Both the position numbers and the translations under genes were made by a program. A DNA stretch of 64,000 nucleotides from Pelomyxa schiedti. Its lineage: Eukaryota > Protista > Evosea. Positions 48,573 to 61,078 of the stretch are shown here, in pieces; position 1 is the stretch's first letter; every line of letters starts with the position of its first letter. The notes under the pieces were generated by a model. The model ran no database searches. It was not told the DNA's origin and worked only from the letters and a program-made list of their open reading frames with translations. The stretch spans positions 1 to 64,000 of the forward strand of contig JAHLWZ010000222.1 of assembly GCA_020536535.1 (NCBI GenBank), in the 5' to 3' direction.

Positions 48573-50600
48573 TCATGAATTTTGAAGTTCATAACTTATT
48601 TGTGTCAGAGAGAAAGGCTGGTGGAAGGTATCTAGATGGGAGTTTGTTCTCACTAGACTCCACATCAGATGCAAGCGAGAGAATCCACCACCTTCCATGT
48701 AGTTTCACGCACTGTACACTATTAATCCCTAGTTTGTAATTAAATAGGATCAGTGTGGGATACTTGGGGTGCATACCAATTGCTAAGGGGTTTTCTGGGA
48801 GTTTCCGGGACTCATATGTGCTGAAAACATGTGCCAGACCCCCAAATACCTCCATTCTTCTTGCCAATTCCACCTGTAAAAGAATTAGAGCATCTCAGAT
48901 GAGGAGTTATAAAACTTCAAGGTAGCCTTTTGCATATGCCGGGTGCTCCACAATGGCCTTAGTGGCAGCAATAAACTCGGCAACGGACATGACCTGGTCA
49001 GCTACTGTTATAACAGCTTTATTTGTTACAAACAAGCATCGTAATCGTTCCCAGTCTGGTGACTGACCTGCAGAAAAGTAGTGAGAAACTTGTTGTAACT
49101 GGCAAAGTGCATCCACCAGGAAGGAACGACATTGCCTCGTATAAGGCTAGCATCACGGAATCGATATTAGCACCATCACCAAAAGAGTCGTCTGTAGCGG
49201 GTTGTATAGTTGGGGATGGTAATACAGGAAGTTTCATTGTATGTTGAAAGGCGGTAGGTTGTTGCGGAGGTGGTGGGAGATCGGGTGGAAGGATAGGTAA
49301 TTGCGAGAGAGGTGGCATTGGAGAACCTGGAAGTGTGGGAAGCGTTAAAGGTAGAGGAGGTGTTGGAAGTGCTGGAAGGGATGTAGGTGGGAGAATAGGA
49401 AGTGGTGTTGCAACCGGTACTACGGGTAGTGGTGGAAGCGTGGGTGTGTTTGTCGTGGGAGGTAATATTGGTAAGAGGGGAGAGGGTGAGGATACCGGCG
49501 ATGCCGATAGAGGTGGAGGCAAAACTGGGGGCAGTGATGGTGGTGATGGGGAAGAAACTTGGAATCCAGACCGTGGTGAACTAAGAGGAGAGGTAGGGCG
49601 TGAAGATGAGTGGTGAGACGATGATTGGGACGAAGCCGGGGGTAGCTGTAGCGTCTGGCCATTATCTAATGATAGAGGCAAGGATGGAATAGGTGCTTTT
49701 AGAGAATTCCTTTTATGCTCGGTAGTTCCGGTCTTATGCCTGTGTTTTGTAGATGGAGTCCCTGTTATCAGTAAATTATTTTGGATAGCCACCAATACAT
49801 ACAAAATACAGGATACATAAACCAAGAAAGAAAAAACAAAATGCACACACCCATAGACACATTGATACAAGTAGAAATTCGAAGTGACAAGGTAACTCAC
49901 CATCGCTTGAATCATTAAAAGTAGGGGAAGGAATAGACGAAAACGAGGCAGACCTCGCCCTCGTCCTGGGGGAAGGCTCCGACGTAGTTGGTGCCATTGG
50001 CACGGCGAGCAGCGACAGCGACGACGGCGCCTCGGCGGCACGCCTGCTCACTCCATGTGAGGACCCCGACGTAGTGATAGTGGTCGAAGACGACGACGAT
50101 GCGGATGAAGATAATGAAGACGATGGCAATGCACTTGCAGTGGCTGATGATGATAATGATGTTGTCGTTGATGACGTTGATGATGAGGTGGAGTGGTGCC
50201 CACTTGAAACCACAGGGGATGTGCCTCGTGTGGAGGAGTGTGGGGGAGGCGGGGAGGGATCGGGCTTGTCGGACTTGGAACTGCTGCTGCCCGTGAGTCT
50301 CTTGAAGGCTGAGGAAACCCTGCTTGTGGAGGACGGGGTCGAAGAGGGGGAAGAGGGAGGGGCGAGGGAGGACGAGGAGGTGGAGGGGGTGAGGGCCGGG
50401 GGCCGCCCTACGAAGGAGTGGCTAACCACCGTGGGGGTGGGGATGCTGCCCGTGCTGCGGTGGATGCGGTGCGGCGCGGGCGCCGACGACGTCGTCGCGT
50501 CGGCGCTGGCGGCAGATGTGGACCCGCTGCTGTACGCAGACGACCGGTGCGAGTGTGATGACGTCTGCTCGCTGGGCGTCTGTCGGCTGCGGTAATCCAT
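48573..50600 (-). CDS. S/P-rich protein with C-terminal bacterial-type NTF2-like domain
   Basis: 'NIDSVMLALYEAMSF.PG..PDWERLRCLF...ELARRMEVFGGLAHVFSTYESR...GINSVQCVKLHGRWWILSL'. Confidence 0.6.
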
Positions 50601-50823
50601 CCGTGTAATTTACAGACAGCGAAATTCTCACAAAGATCACTTTCACTGAACGCTCACCAAGTCATCGGAGCCAAGGATCGGCCCCACAAGTAGTGTATCA
50701 TCGAGTTGTTGCAAAACACACACAGAAACACAGAAGAAAACTTCCAGGAGAAGGATCCCACTGGGGGTTTCGGGATCAACCAGCAGGAACAGTAACGAAA
50801 ACGAAGGAACAAAATAAAAAGAA

Positions 50824-51443
50824 ATGGCAGCGGATCCGTCGCTAGAGGAATTCACGGCAGCGCTCACCGAGCTGAACAAAAACCAAGAGGCGATACAACA
50901 GATCGTTAGTTTTTGCAAGACGTCGTATACACCCGGCTGCGACGCCGAAGTGTTCCGCTCCAGCAAGGAATACACTGCAAACGTGCTGCTCAACGTGGCC
51001 TATCACGTGCAAAACGTAGCAACGAAACTAACCACCTGCATGCAAGTGCAACTGGCCGCTCTCGATAAGCTTGACGTTCAAGTGAAAACCCTAACTGATG
51101 TAACTTTTCCCTCTACATTTCGTGCTCTCTGATGAAATCTTTTTTTTCCCGTAGCACATGCAAGCGTTACATGACTTCAAAGGAACGGAGGAATTTCATG
51201 CACCAGAGGCAGCTCGCACCTATCAAAGAGTACCAAAAGTGCTCAAGCTGGAAGGTATACTGTGAAGATACAATTTGCATATTCTCTGAATCTAAACTAC
51301 ACCAAGAGGCACAACTGCCCGAACACGCTAAACCAATACCTCGCAATAAGCGAAACAGTGAAGATTCGGCTCCGCCACCACCTCCACCAGGTACAATTTA
51401 CCACTTATGCTTTTTTTAACCATACACTAAAGGGAGGTCGTAA
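50824..51443 (+). CDS. Abl-interactor (ABI) homolog, SCAR/WAVE complex subunit
   Basis: 'IQQIVSFCKTSY...SKEYTANVLLNVAYHVQNVA' ABI N-terminal motif and a poly-Pro tail. Confidence 0.8.
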
Positions 51444-51529
51444 CTTAGGGGAAAAAAAAGTGGGGTTGTCCATGTAAATTGCATAAGAAACAAAGATTTT
51501 TACTATCTGTTTTTCAGTCCGAGTGCTTT

Positions 51530-52253
51530 TTAAGGGATATTATTGGTGGTATTCCAATGCAATTTTCCATAAGGTGTCCAGCCTGTGTACAGCTTTGTTA
51601 TTCAATTATTAAGAAATTCAATTTTGAGGAATCACCTAGTTTGTTGAAAGAGCAATCTGGAACACCCCGACTCAACAAGTATTGATAACCTGCATTCCAA
51701 CCCACTGCTCCAGCATAATGCAGGCACGAATTGCCATTGGCTGTCAACGCCTGAATGTCCACACCCACAACCTCCACCAAATATCTAAGAAGATCCATGT
51801 TCTTAGATTCCACAGCATAGTGCAGAGGTCTGAGCCCCACGCTGCTCTCACTTTCCATCAAATGTCTGTCATACTCAGCAAAGACCTTGACAATTCGCAA
51901 CAGCCCGAGCCTAGCTGCCTCATGCACAGGATTCAACGATCCCTTGATGCTCGCTAGCGACGGATCTGCTCCACATTGAAGCAGTGCTCTGACCAGCTGA
52001 AGGGCATCAGCGTTGCATTGCTTTTGGTTGCGACCGTGCCGCTGTTTTGGATCAGCCCACACCGTGACAGCAATACGAAGGGGAGTCCACCCTTCGCAAT
52101 TTGGCACCTGACAGGGTGTCAGGTGGTGAGAGGGTGGGGAGGGCATACGTTGACGGTTGTGGGATCGGCTCGAATGTTTTCCACAATCTGTTGCACGGAA
52201 CAACTCTCTGGGGGAGGGTCTATCCGCTGGTAAAGTGGTGGCAGTGTCACCAT
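51530..52253 (-). CDS. Ankyrin-repeat protein (paralog C, lacks the C-terminal box)
   Basis: IDPPPESCSVQQIVENIRADPTTVNV, GWTPLR, PVHEAA, PLHYAV, CLHYAG; ends GWTPYGKLHW...*. Confidence 0.8.
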
Positions 52254-52446
52254 TTTTTTTCCTGTCACGGTGAAAGCCGAACCACCACCTTTTTACTGGC
52301 TTGGGTGGAAAACAAAGTTAGAACTTGGCAAGAGTTTTTGAAGACTTGGAAAACTTGAAACAGCTTGTGGAAGAAGAAGTTGTTCTGGTAACCTTATCTT
52401 GTAACAGGTTTGGTGCTGTGGATGGGAAGGGCTTTTTCCCAATTGC

Positions 52447-53417
52447 TTAGAATAGAAATCCACGGTCATGGGTGTAGGAATGCCAGACTTGATAGAAGTG
52501 GAAGTAAATCCCTGCAGTAGTGGACAAACTGCCTGGAGGAAGTGCGTTCAGCTCATCCAAGAATGTCTGTTCATCAGTCGAATTGCAGGAATTTTTATCG
52601 AAGGTACCTCTTCTGTGCCCACTGGAACCAGAGCCATAATTGTAAGTGCACTGAGTTGTGTAAGACTTCGTCCACCAACAGTGTCAAGTTTTTTCACGTC
52701 TAGACGTACATCAGAAGCATGTAATTTCCCGTATGCTGTCCAACCTGTGTAGCTTTATGTTAATTGGGTTTAAACAACAGCGGAGGATTGATAGAACACC
52801 ATTGCTGTTGAGAGTGTTGGCCTGGACTCCGCGGTTCTCCAAATAAGAAAAAGCATCCGCCCAGCCCACAGCCCCAGCATAGTGTAAGCATGAGTTGTTA
52901 TCCACCGTTAGAGCCTGAACATTCACATTCGCAATCTCCACCAGAAACTTGAGCAATGCCATGTTCCGTGACTTTGATTCCACAGCATAGTGCAATGCAC
53001 GCAAACCCCCACCAGCTTCCGTTTCCAGCAACGTGGGGTCGTGCGCAGCAAACGCCTTGATCAGTTCCAAGCGTCCTTTACGAGCCGCTTCATGCACGGG
53101 GTTCAGCAACCCCTTGGTGCTCGCCATCCTGGCGTCTGCTCCACATCGAAGAAGTGCTGTCACAAGGTGAAGGGCGTCATCCTCGCTCCACAGAGACACT
53201 GCGCATCGAAGAGGCGTCCACCCGTATGCATTGGGGACCTAAATTGTTCTCAGTCGTTCTTTATTCCCTATCGGTGGGCTGTGTGTATTTTGAGCTGGAT
53301 GGGATTTACGTTGACATAGGCCGGATTGGCAGTAATTGTATCTATGATGTACGCAACTGTGCATCTGTACGGTGGGTCAATGCACTGGAGAATGATGTGA
53401 GGTGTGTGCGAGGCCAT
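52447..53417 (-). CDS. Ankyrin-repeat protein with SOCS/BC-box-like C-terminus (paralog B)
   Basis: High nucleotide similarity to 13487-14538; 'RSLTQLSALTIM'. Confidence 0.8.
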
Positions 53418-53557
53418 TTTGTTTTTTTTTTTTGTTCCTTGGATTTCAGGCAACATGGCTTTTATGGGAAAGACCGAAATGAAAAGCCACTCCAACGAGT
53501 GGAAAGCGGAATGGTAAAGTTTTTCTTTTTGGTTTCGCCAATACAACGGGCAGGTTT

Positions 53558-55960
53558 CTACTCTCCAAGGAGTAATGTGGTGACGGTTTGGGATTGCTGT
53601 ACGAGGGCCGCATAGCGGGTAGCTCTCACTTTCATCATTTCTTCCAGAGCATCCCAGTCCTTTGTAAAGTAAATCATGGATTTGAATATGTGGGTATGGT
53701 ACCTTCTTTGGGACAATTTTGCATGCGAACTTGTGAAGGAACAGCATAAATTCCTCAGAGTTTGTCCCATTGGAGATTATAAGGGAGCCGGGCTTGGTTG
53801 CTGTGCCGTTTGTCACCTCCCACAGCGAGTATGCCAAGTCCAACACAAAGGCGCAGTTGTGACTAACGGTAACTATGGCTCCCGGGAATTCGCGCAGCGC
53901 TTTGGATAGAGCCATAACAGTTTCTCCGTCGAGGTGGTTCGTTGGTTCGTCCAGAAGGAGTACCTCTGGTGGGCTAGCTGATGCAAATACATCGGCCAAT
54001 ACGAGTCTCACTCTCAGACCCCCACTCAAGTAGCTTATTGGGCACAGTGCTCGGTCATTCCCACCTAAGCCAAAGAACCCCAAGTGTTGTCTGATTGCGC
54101 CCTCTGTTTGGAAGAATTGGGCATGCCGCTTCATTAAGAAGTCCACAGGGGTAGAATAAAGGTAGTTCTCGAGTGTTGCGAGCTGATATTGATCCAGCAA
54201 TGAAACCCGAACAGAGCGAGCAATATTTCCTGTAACAGTAGCGTTCTCGAGACAATCCGCAATCAATCGGAGAAGTGTACTCTTCCCACTGCCATTTTGT
54301 CCAACAAGAGCTATCCTATCACCACTATTGATGGTAACATCAACGCCACGAAGAAGCGTGCGAGACCCTTGATATGTAATTGCCACATTACCCAAGGTTA
54401 CTAGAGCCTGTGACCGCCTTGCCGCACCCAAAACGTTTGGAGGGAGATTGAGTGGCAGAGCAACGTGGGGCTTAACTTGTTCAGCCTTGCTCGGTAGCCG
54501 CACCAGTTTTACATCTAGCTTCTTCAGAGAGTATCTCTTGTACCTTTTTCCATCCTCACGATACAGTCCAACAAATTTTTCTGCTTTCTCTGCTCGGCTA
54601 ACGCTCTGCTTTAATGCAGCATCATTTCCACTCCTTCGAGCCACAACTTGCTGGTGCTCCACACTCTCTTTCACTCTTGTCTCTTCACGAACGCGGGCAT
54701 TATAAATCCTCTCGTGGAACTGCTGATATTCAGCAGCCTTTGCTTCGTAGTTGGAGTAATTCCCAGAAACCACGTGGAGACTACCGCCGCCAACAGAGAT
54801 AATATCAGAGCAAACCAAGTCAAGAAAAGCAGCATCATGGGAGACGACAATGACAGTCGATTCCCAACTTCGCAGCATACTGGCTAGCATAAGTGTACCG
54901 CACAAGTCCATATGGTTTGTAGGTTCATCCAGCATGAGGACATCTAGCTCACTTAACATGGCACGGGCTATCTCCAAGCGTGTGCGCCAACCCCCACTCA
55001 AGGAACTCACTGGTAGCTTCATCATATTCGCTGGGAAAGCGAAATTCTGCAGAACTTCTTTTGCTCGTTGCTCAGCTAGCTGCCTATCGTGCTGCTCAAC
55101 ACCGACCTGCGCAAGGTCATCGAGAAAGTCGGTGTCATCTTTTCCATCTGCACCTAGAGCTCCTGAGGCCACGAGGTCCTCAACTTCCTTCTTAAGAAGC
55201 GCTAGCTCCCTATCTCCAGTCAAGCAGTACTGCAGGGCACTCAGTCCGCACCCCCGACTCCGCTCTGCATCATCCTGGCCTACATACGCAACCACGGAGC
55301 TTCCCCCGCCGTCCTCTTCCAGCTGCTTAAGCATTGCTTTCAGTAGAGTTGTCTTGCCGCATCCATTTTCGCCCACCAGACCGTAGTGATGGCCTCTCAA
55401 CAGGGTGAGGCACGAGTGATGTAGGAGTAGACGGTCTCCAATGGACAATGTCATTCCTCTTCCAGCCCACAGAGTTTCATCCCCAGATGCAGAATTCACT
55501 CCGGAAAAGAACTCACCATCAAAGCTCACTTCCTATAGGAATGCGGGTGCTAAGTTAGCCATGTCGTGCGTCGGAAAAACAGCAAATAAGTGTGAACACA
55601 CACCGAGTTCTCCTGCTGTCTGGCTCCCACCTTGGCCGACGCCGTAGTAGCGGCTGTACCACTTGAACTAGTACCGGAGCTTCCCGTATCTTCCTCCGTC
55701 CCTCCCCCCGCATCCGCTTTTGATTCCGTGGTCCCAGTTGTCACTGTTGGTGAGGATTCAACCGCTGATACTTCGGTCGCCGTGCTTTGAGTCGTGGCAT
55801 TCTGCTCAGAATCATCGTCATCCGGCGTGTGTGTTGATGTCGCTGTGGTGGTGGTGGTGGGTGTGCTCGCATTCGCATTTGTAGCCGCTTTTTTCTTCGG
55901 TTTCTTAGCCTTCTTTGGCTTGGCGCCTATCGTGAGCGTGTACGCCTGCTGCTGCGTGGG

Positions 55961-56003
<43 letters not shown>

Positions 56004-56233
56004 CCTGGTCCTGGTCTCGCCGCCGATGCAGTGGTGCTCGTGCTCGCTGTTCTTCCCGTGGTTGTAGACGTAGTGGTAGTGGCGGGCTTGGGCGTCGGTG
56101 GTTTCGGTCCTGACGCCGAGGGTGCTGGTGATGAGGAGGTGCTCGGTTTTGGTTTTGGCTTGGGCGTCGACGTCCCGGTTTGTTTGGATGTCGTCGCTGT
56201 GGTGGTGGTGTTGGTGCCGCGTTTCTTGGTCAT
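53558..56233 (-). CDS. ABC-F family ATPase with T/K/Q-rich N-terminal extension
   Basis: Two ABC cassettes (GENGCGKTT/LSGGW/LDEPTNHMD and GQNGSGKST/LSGGL/LDEPTNHLD), no TM segments. Confidence 0.9.
55961..56002. repeat. (CAA)n microsatellite encoding poly-Q on the minus strand
   Basis: About 14 TTG units. Confidence 0.9.
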
Positions 56234-56537
56234 TGCGTGGTGTGTGGTGTGTAGCTTTGTTGTTTATTGCTTCTTCCGGGCTTTGTTTTGTTTTTTTAAT
56301 TTGTTTTGGTTCCTTGAGGCTTAAATTGGGATTGTTGTCCCCAAATCTTATGACGATCGCTGCAGAAAATAAGAAATGACCATCGCAAACAGGAATGTGT
56401 TCTGGCAAGAGAAAATCGCCTAGAAATGGCACAGCCATTTCCGTACTGTTTGTTTTGTGTTGGGAGACTTGCTCCTGGCGGTGTGGGCTGTGGTGTGATT
56501 CGGTGCTGGGTTCTGGGCACTGTACTAATGGTATGGT

Positions 56538-57805
56538 TCAGGAGGAACTTTGTGGTGTGACTCTTTTGGCGTTGTTTACATGAGCCAATGACTGCGGCAG
56601 ATTGTCAATCATGGACAAGGACCATGGTATGGGGTGGCCGTCACAAACAAAGCTGCCGGATTGTTGAGGGTGGAGAGCACTTTCAACGACGACTGCTGCT
56701 CCCTCGGCCGGAGTCAGATACGGAATGTTTCTGCCTTTCCAAGTTGGGGGAACCATCTTGATTGGTGAGTTAAAGGAATTTAGAACGGTGAGGATAGTTA
56801 CATCGGTCAAACAAGGCCTGTTGGACAGCCCAGGGTGAACGGCGGTGCATGAAATAGTATCATCCAAAGCTACAGCTTGGGTGATGCCGTTGAGGAAAAG
56901 CTTTGATGTATGATATATGAGGGGTGAGAATCCCTTGGCAGCTATGGCTTCCTTTCCTCCGGAACAGTAGGTGGCAACCTGAAGGGATATCAGACCAATA
57001 GTACTAAAATCAGCGGTTTTGTACATATTCATCTGCAAGGGCACAGAGTGACTCCACCGAGTGTCTCGAGAACAGTGTTGCCTTGGCACCCTCAGACATT
57101 GCTCCAAAGGCGTAAAGTGCTCCAGCACTAGACACATTAACTATGCGGGGTTTGACTGACAAGAGATTCGGAGCTGATGAACGTCTCTTTTCCATAGACT
57201 GCTTCAGGATGGGGGTAAAGGCATTGAGAACCCGCACTGGCCCCTTCAGATTTACGTTGAATGTCTCCCTAGCAGCCTGTGGAAATTAAGGATATGATTA
57301 CTGCTACAGAGTAAACATTTCCAGAGAAGGAGAGACCCGAGGCTTCTGCTTCGTCAAAAACAACAGTTGCGGAGTTTAATATCTACAAGGAATTGAGTTT
57401 TGAATACAGTCCTTAAATCATGATTGATGGCACCCACAAGCACATCAAGAAATGGGAACAATCTGCAGTACTCGTTTGCCGCCTTTGCAACAGATTCATC
57501 GTCACCCAAATCGATGAGAAGCCCATGCACTCTGTCGGCTGCACCCTAGTGTGTAACAAGTTACATTTTTTCTATTCCCAAGCGTAACGTAATCCACAAC
57601 CATGAAAAAAACGAACGAGGAAACGTACGGGTGAGTGGAGGCGCAGTGATGAAATGCAGTCGGCAAGGCGAGATGGGTCGCGGCACCCGACTACGACCAC
57701 AGCATCAATGGGCGATGACAGCAGTTGCTTGCACGTCCACAACCCAATGCCCTTATTCCCACCAACAACAAATACGAACTGTGGGTGCTCTCCCCGTCCT
57801 TGCAT
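56538..57805 (-). CDS. Short-chain dehydrogenase/reductase (carbonyl-reductase-like); 3' end uncertain
   Basis: VVGGNKGIG, GCRD, ILNSA, RIVNVSS, YHTSK, AVHPG. Confidence 0.85.
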
Positions 57806-57959
57806 TGCTCAAAGCACCAACTTAAAGTTTGGGACTCCCCACTGCCGATTTTGAATACGAAAATAGCTGATGAAAAAATTTGGTAACAACAGCAGGAAAA
57901 TTTTCCAAACGAAAAACCTTGTTTCCCGTGTGAACTCAGCTCCTCTTGTGGTGTTCTAT

Positions 57960-59286
57960 TCATGAAAACAATAACGCAGTGGGGGTACTGTCCAGACTTT
58001 GTTGGTAGTATTTATGCCTTACTCGGAACGGGTACCAGGCAACAGCTGCCCTTGCTGCTGTTATTGGGGATCTAGTGATCACCACGGCTGTCTCAGACTT
58101 CACCCATGGTTCGGTTCTTACATACCTAAGTACCGCCTGCATTCTGGCTCTCTTAGGAACCTCTTCAAAATGTCTTTTGACAAGTGTGAGAATGGACCGT
58201 TGATTACTTCGCGGAAGGTCTTCTGATTTGGATCTCTGGGAAACATACTCAGAGTGTGACTCAGCCTAGAACTACACTAGCCACCAACATAACAAAGGAG
58301 TTAAATAAAAAACCTTAACCTTGTTCCTTTCTATTCTTGTGTTTACATTGATGGGCGACAAGGGTATCAATCCCACACAAGAAAGTATTTCTTTTTATGT
58401 CTTTTCTACATTTGTGTGGTGTATTGTTAAGAAAGGGATACCAGGGCACCATTTTGGGTGAGCCAAGTAACGGCTTGCTCCCGTTCTGCGGCACTGCTAA
58501 ATAAGAACTCCATGTGGTGGTTTTCCTCATCTACTTTGACGTGTTCCTTGTTAGGGTTGTGTTAGATACTGATTCTTGAAAATATGTGCAGGGGTAGAAA
58601 CTTTATATCGAAATAAGCATAGGTATTTGCTGTTACTCCAATCACCATAGCACATCATGTAAAAGGTGTGGTTCAATGGGTGCAGCCCGATGATGCCACC
58701 ATCAAAAGACAAACAGTCTCGCGGCCATGTCTGCGTTTGTTGTTTTTAATTAGTTGACTGTGGTTTGTTGCTGCTTGGAAATATTAATGTCTTCTTTCTT
58801 TTGTGTCCCAGAGTGAGAGGAATGCTGCCAAGTGCAATACACCTTTGGTGTGTCAGACGTCCTCGGGAGGCACCTCACAACCGAATGAAACTTTGGAAAA
58901 AGGTCATCCACCAGGCGTGGCTCCCGCATTATCCTTAACCAGCCTTGAGCACGTCGATGTCTCCGTACACATTCCGCAACATCGCCACCTTCCTGCACGT
59001 TGAACGACTCGGCTTCTAGGTCGACCATGTCCTGCCTCGTGCCGGCGACCTCTCGCCCCGACGCAGTCTTGAGCATCAGGCGCCCGTTGGTGAGCACGGA
59101 GCACCCCACGACGTCCTCCCCGGTCGTCTGCGACTGGCCATAGGCTCGTGCATTCCTTGCGGAACAGCGTTTGTGGCCACCTCATCTCCTCCTCTTTGAA
59201 CTCCCACACAACAACTGCTGGTCGTGTGCTACTCGTAGTTGCGACTCCGGGAGTGGTACGCGTAAGTTTCCTGGCTGGTGGGTCAT
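57960..59286 (-). CDS. Hypothetical spliced protein, possibly PH/GRAM-like; 5' end unresolved
   Basis: Coding-like exons ('GCSVLTNGRLML', 'HMEFLFSSAAEREQAVTWL') separated by short introns. Confidence 0.35.
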
Positions 59287-59339
59287 TATTTATTATGTGT
59301 TCTGTTCGAAGAGAAGGAAACAAGAAAGAGAGTATTATT

Positions 59340-60867
59340 TTACAACAAATCTACGGGGTCATCACCTGAGGATATTACCTCCAGCACGGCACTGGGTACC
59401 ATGCCAAAGGCTTGCCCACCACGGGCCAACACCCACGGCTCATCTTCAGTGAAGGGCTGGTATGTCGGTTAGTGCCTGTAGGGAGGAGAGGGTTTAGAAG
59501 GTGGTACCTGGGCAAAAAGAATGTCACCGGCAAGGCATGACATCTCGCCTTCCGCTGTTGCTGTGAAGTCTTGTGTCACTCTGACACACACCTGAATGCT
59601 TGCAGTTAGAAAATAGGAGAAAGGAATCCGGAACAACCTTAATCTGTTCTGGAGCGGCAGAACGAGGTGTGTTTGTAGGTGTTGTGCGCTTACTGTCGGT
59701 TGGGACAGACGTGGTGGTATCTAATACAGGTTTCGATTTTGGTGTGTGTAGAGACTTTGATTTGTGTAATGATGATGAGCCACTGGAATTCAGCAAGCCT
59801 TCAGCCATGCTCAGCCTTCCTTCCAGCTGTGCTATAGAAAGATTTTTATCATTTCTAATAAGCAGGGTGAGGAACAGAATATAAATGGAGAAGTTTCACA
59901 ATTCAGCTTCCAGAGAAGCCACTTTGTCTTGAAGAGCCTGTTGTTCTGCCCTTCGTGTTTTTTCTCCTGATACTATCTTTTCAATGAGGGAGTCCCGTTT
60001 GGAGTTCTGTTGTTGTAACTGTTCAAGCCGAAACTTAAGTTCACCCGTTTCTCTTTCAGCTGCAACCCGCAATTCTTTTTCATACTGTACAGAATTTGTT
60101 GTTGTGGTTGCACTTTTTTCCAGTGTCATCCGCAGTTTCTTTTCATCTTGAAGCTGTTGCAACAACGTTGCAGAGTTTTCTTGCACCCTTCGTTGCATAG
60201 AACTAAGCTGTAGGTGGAAACAAGTGTATTGGCCAGATTCTAGAAGGGATACAGTGATACCTGGTCACGAGCATCACTCAATTGATTGTGGAGTGCCTCT
60301 TTCTCTGCTTCGAGAATATCGATTTTGTCTTTAAGAGCGCTGGTGTCGTGAGTACTGCCTTCCATCTTGGCTTTCAGCTCCATTATGCGTTGCACTTATA
60401 GAGGTTAGATCCAAAAACGATATGGGGATAAAAAAAGAAAGAAGCAAGAAAAACTTTTACAGAAGGGAGGGGGAAAAAAAAAGAGATACAAGAGTACAGC
60501 TTGTTTCTGCAGCTGCCTGAGCGTCTTGACGTTCCTTTCTCAGCATCTCCACCAGTTGGTTCACTTTACCAAGCAGTAACTGGTTATTTGACTCCAGGGA
60601 TTCCAGTTTCCCCTTAAATGTCACACGTTTGATACGTATTTAACACGTATGAAGTACGATTGATACGTATCATTTAAAAAAAAATTAAAAAATTAAAAGA
60701 GGCTCGTACTTTGAGTTCATCAATAGTAGCTTCCTTTGCCCTCCGTTCCTGTCATTGAAATTAGGGGAAGTTTTATTGGTCACAAACCAGCACCCAACCT
60801 TGAGTACGAGAACAGCGGCACCAGCACGACACACGTCACACAACGCAACCACGTTACTGTCGTCCAT
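59340..60867 (-). CDS. Coiled-coil protein with C-terminal SH3 domain
   Basis: Spliced end reads VRVTQDFTATAEGEMSCLAGDILFAQ|PFTEDEPWVLARGGQAFGMVPSAVLEVI (SH3). N-terminal CxxC. Confidence 0.7.
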
Positions 60868-61078
60868 TTACTCCGTGGGCCTCCCTTATCCCCGTAGTAC
60901 TATGTATGTTACTGCCTGTTAGATCTCTGGATCTCGACGGTGATGATTTTTCTGGTTTTTTTTTTCCCTTTCTGACCAGGTGTAATTATCAGAATCAATG
61001 TTCGTGCTTGTTGCTGAACGAAAAAAAAGTCGTTTGTGCGACTTTGGTGATGGATTGACAATCATTTTTATTATTCTT

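Noticed and set aside
53268-53700. ABC-F fused to the ankyrin leader, as implied by the 753-aa track ORF
   Set aside because: The ORF reads through an intron near 53664-53702; the spliced ABC-F ends at 53558 and the ankyrin gene has its own ATG at 53417.
50074-56438. Long antisense ORFs over low-complexity exons (for example 50074-50595, 55794-56324)
   Set aside because: They are shadows of S/T/P/Q-rich coding sequence on the opposite strand.
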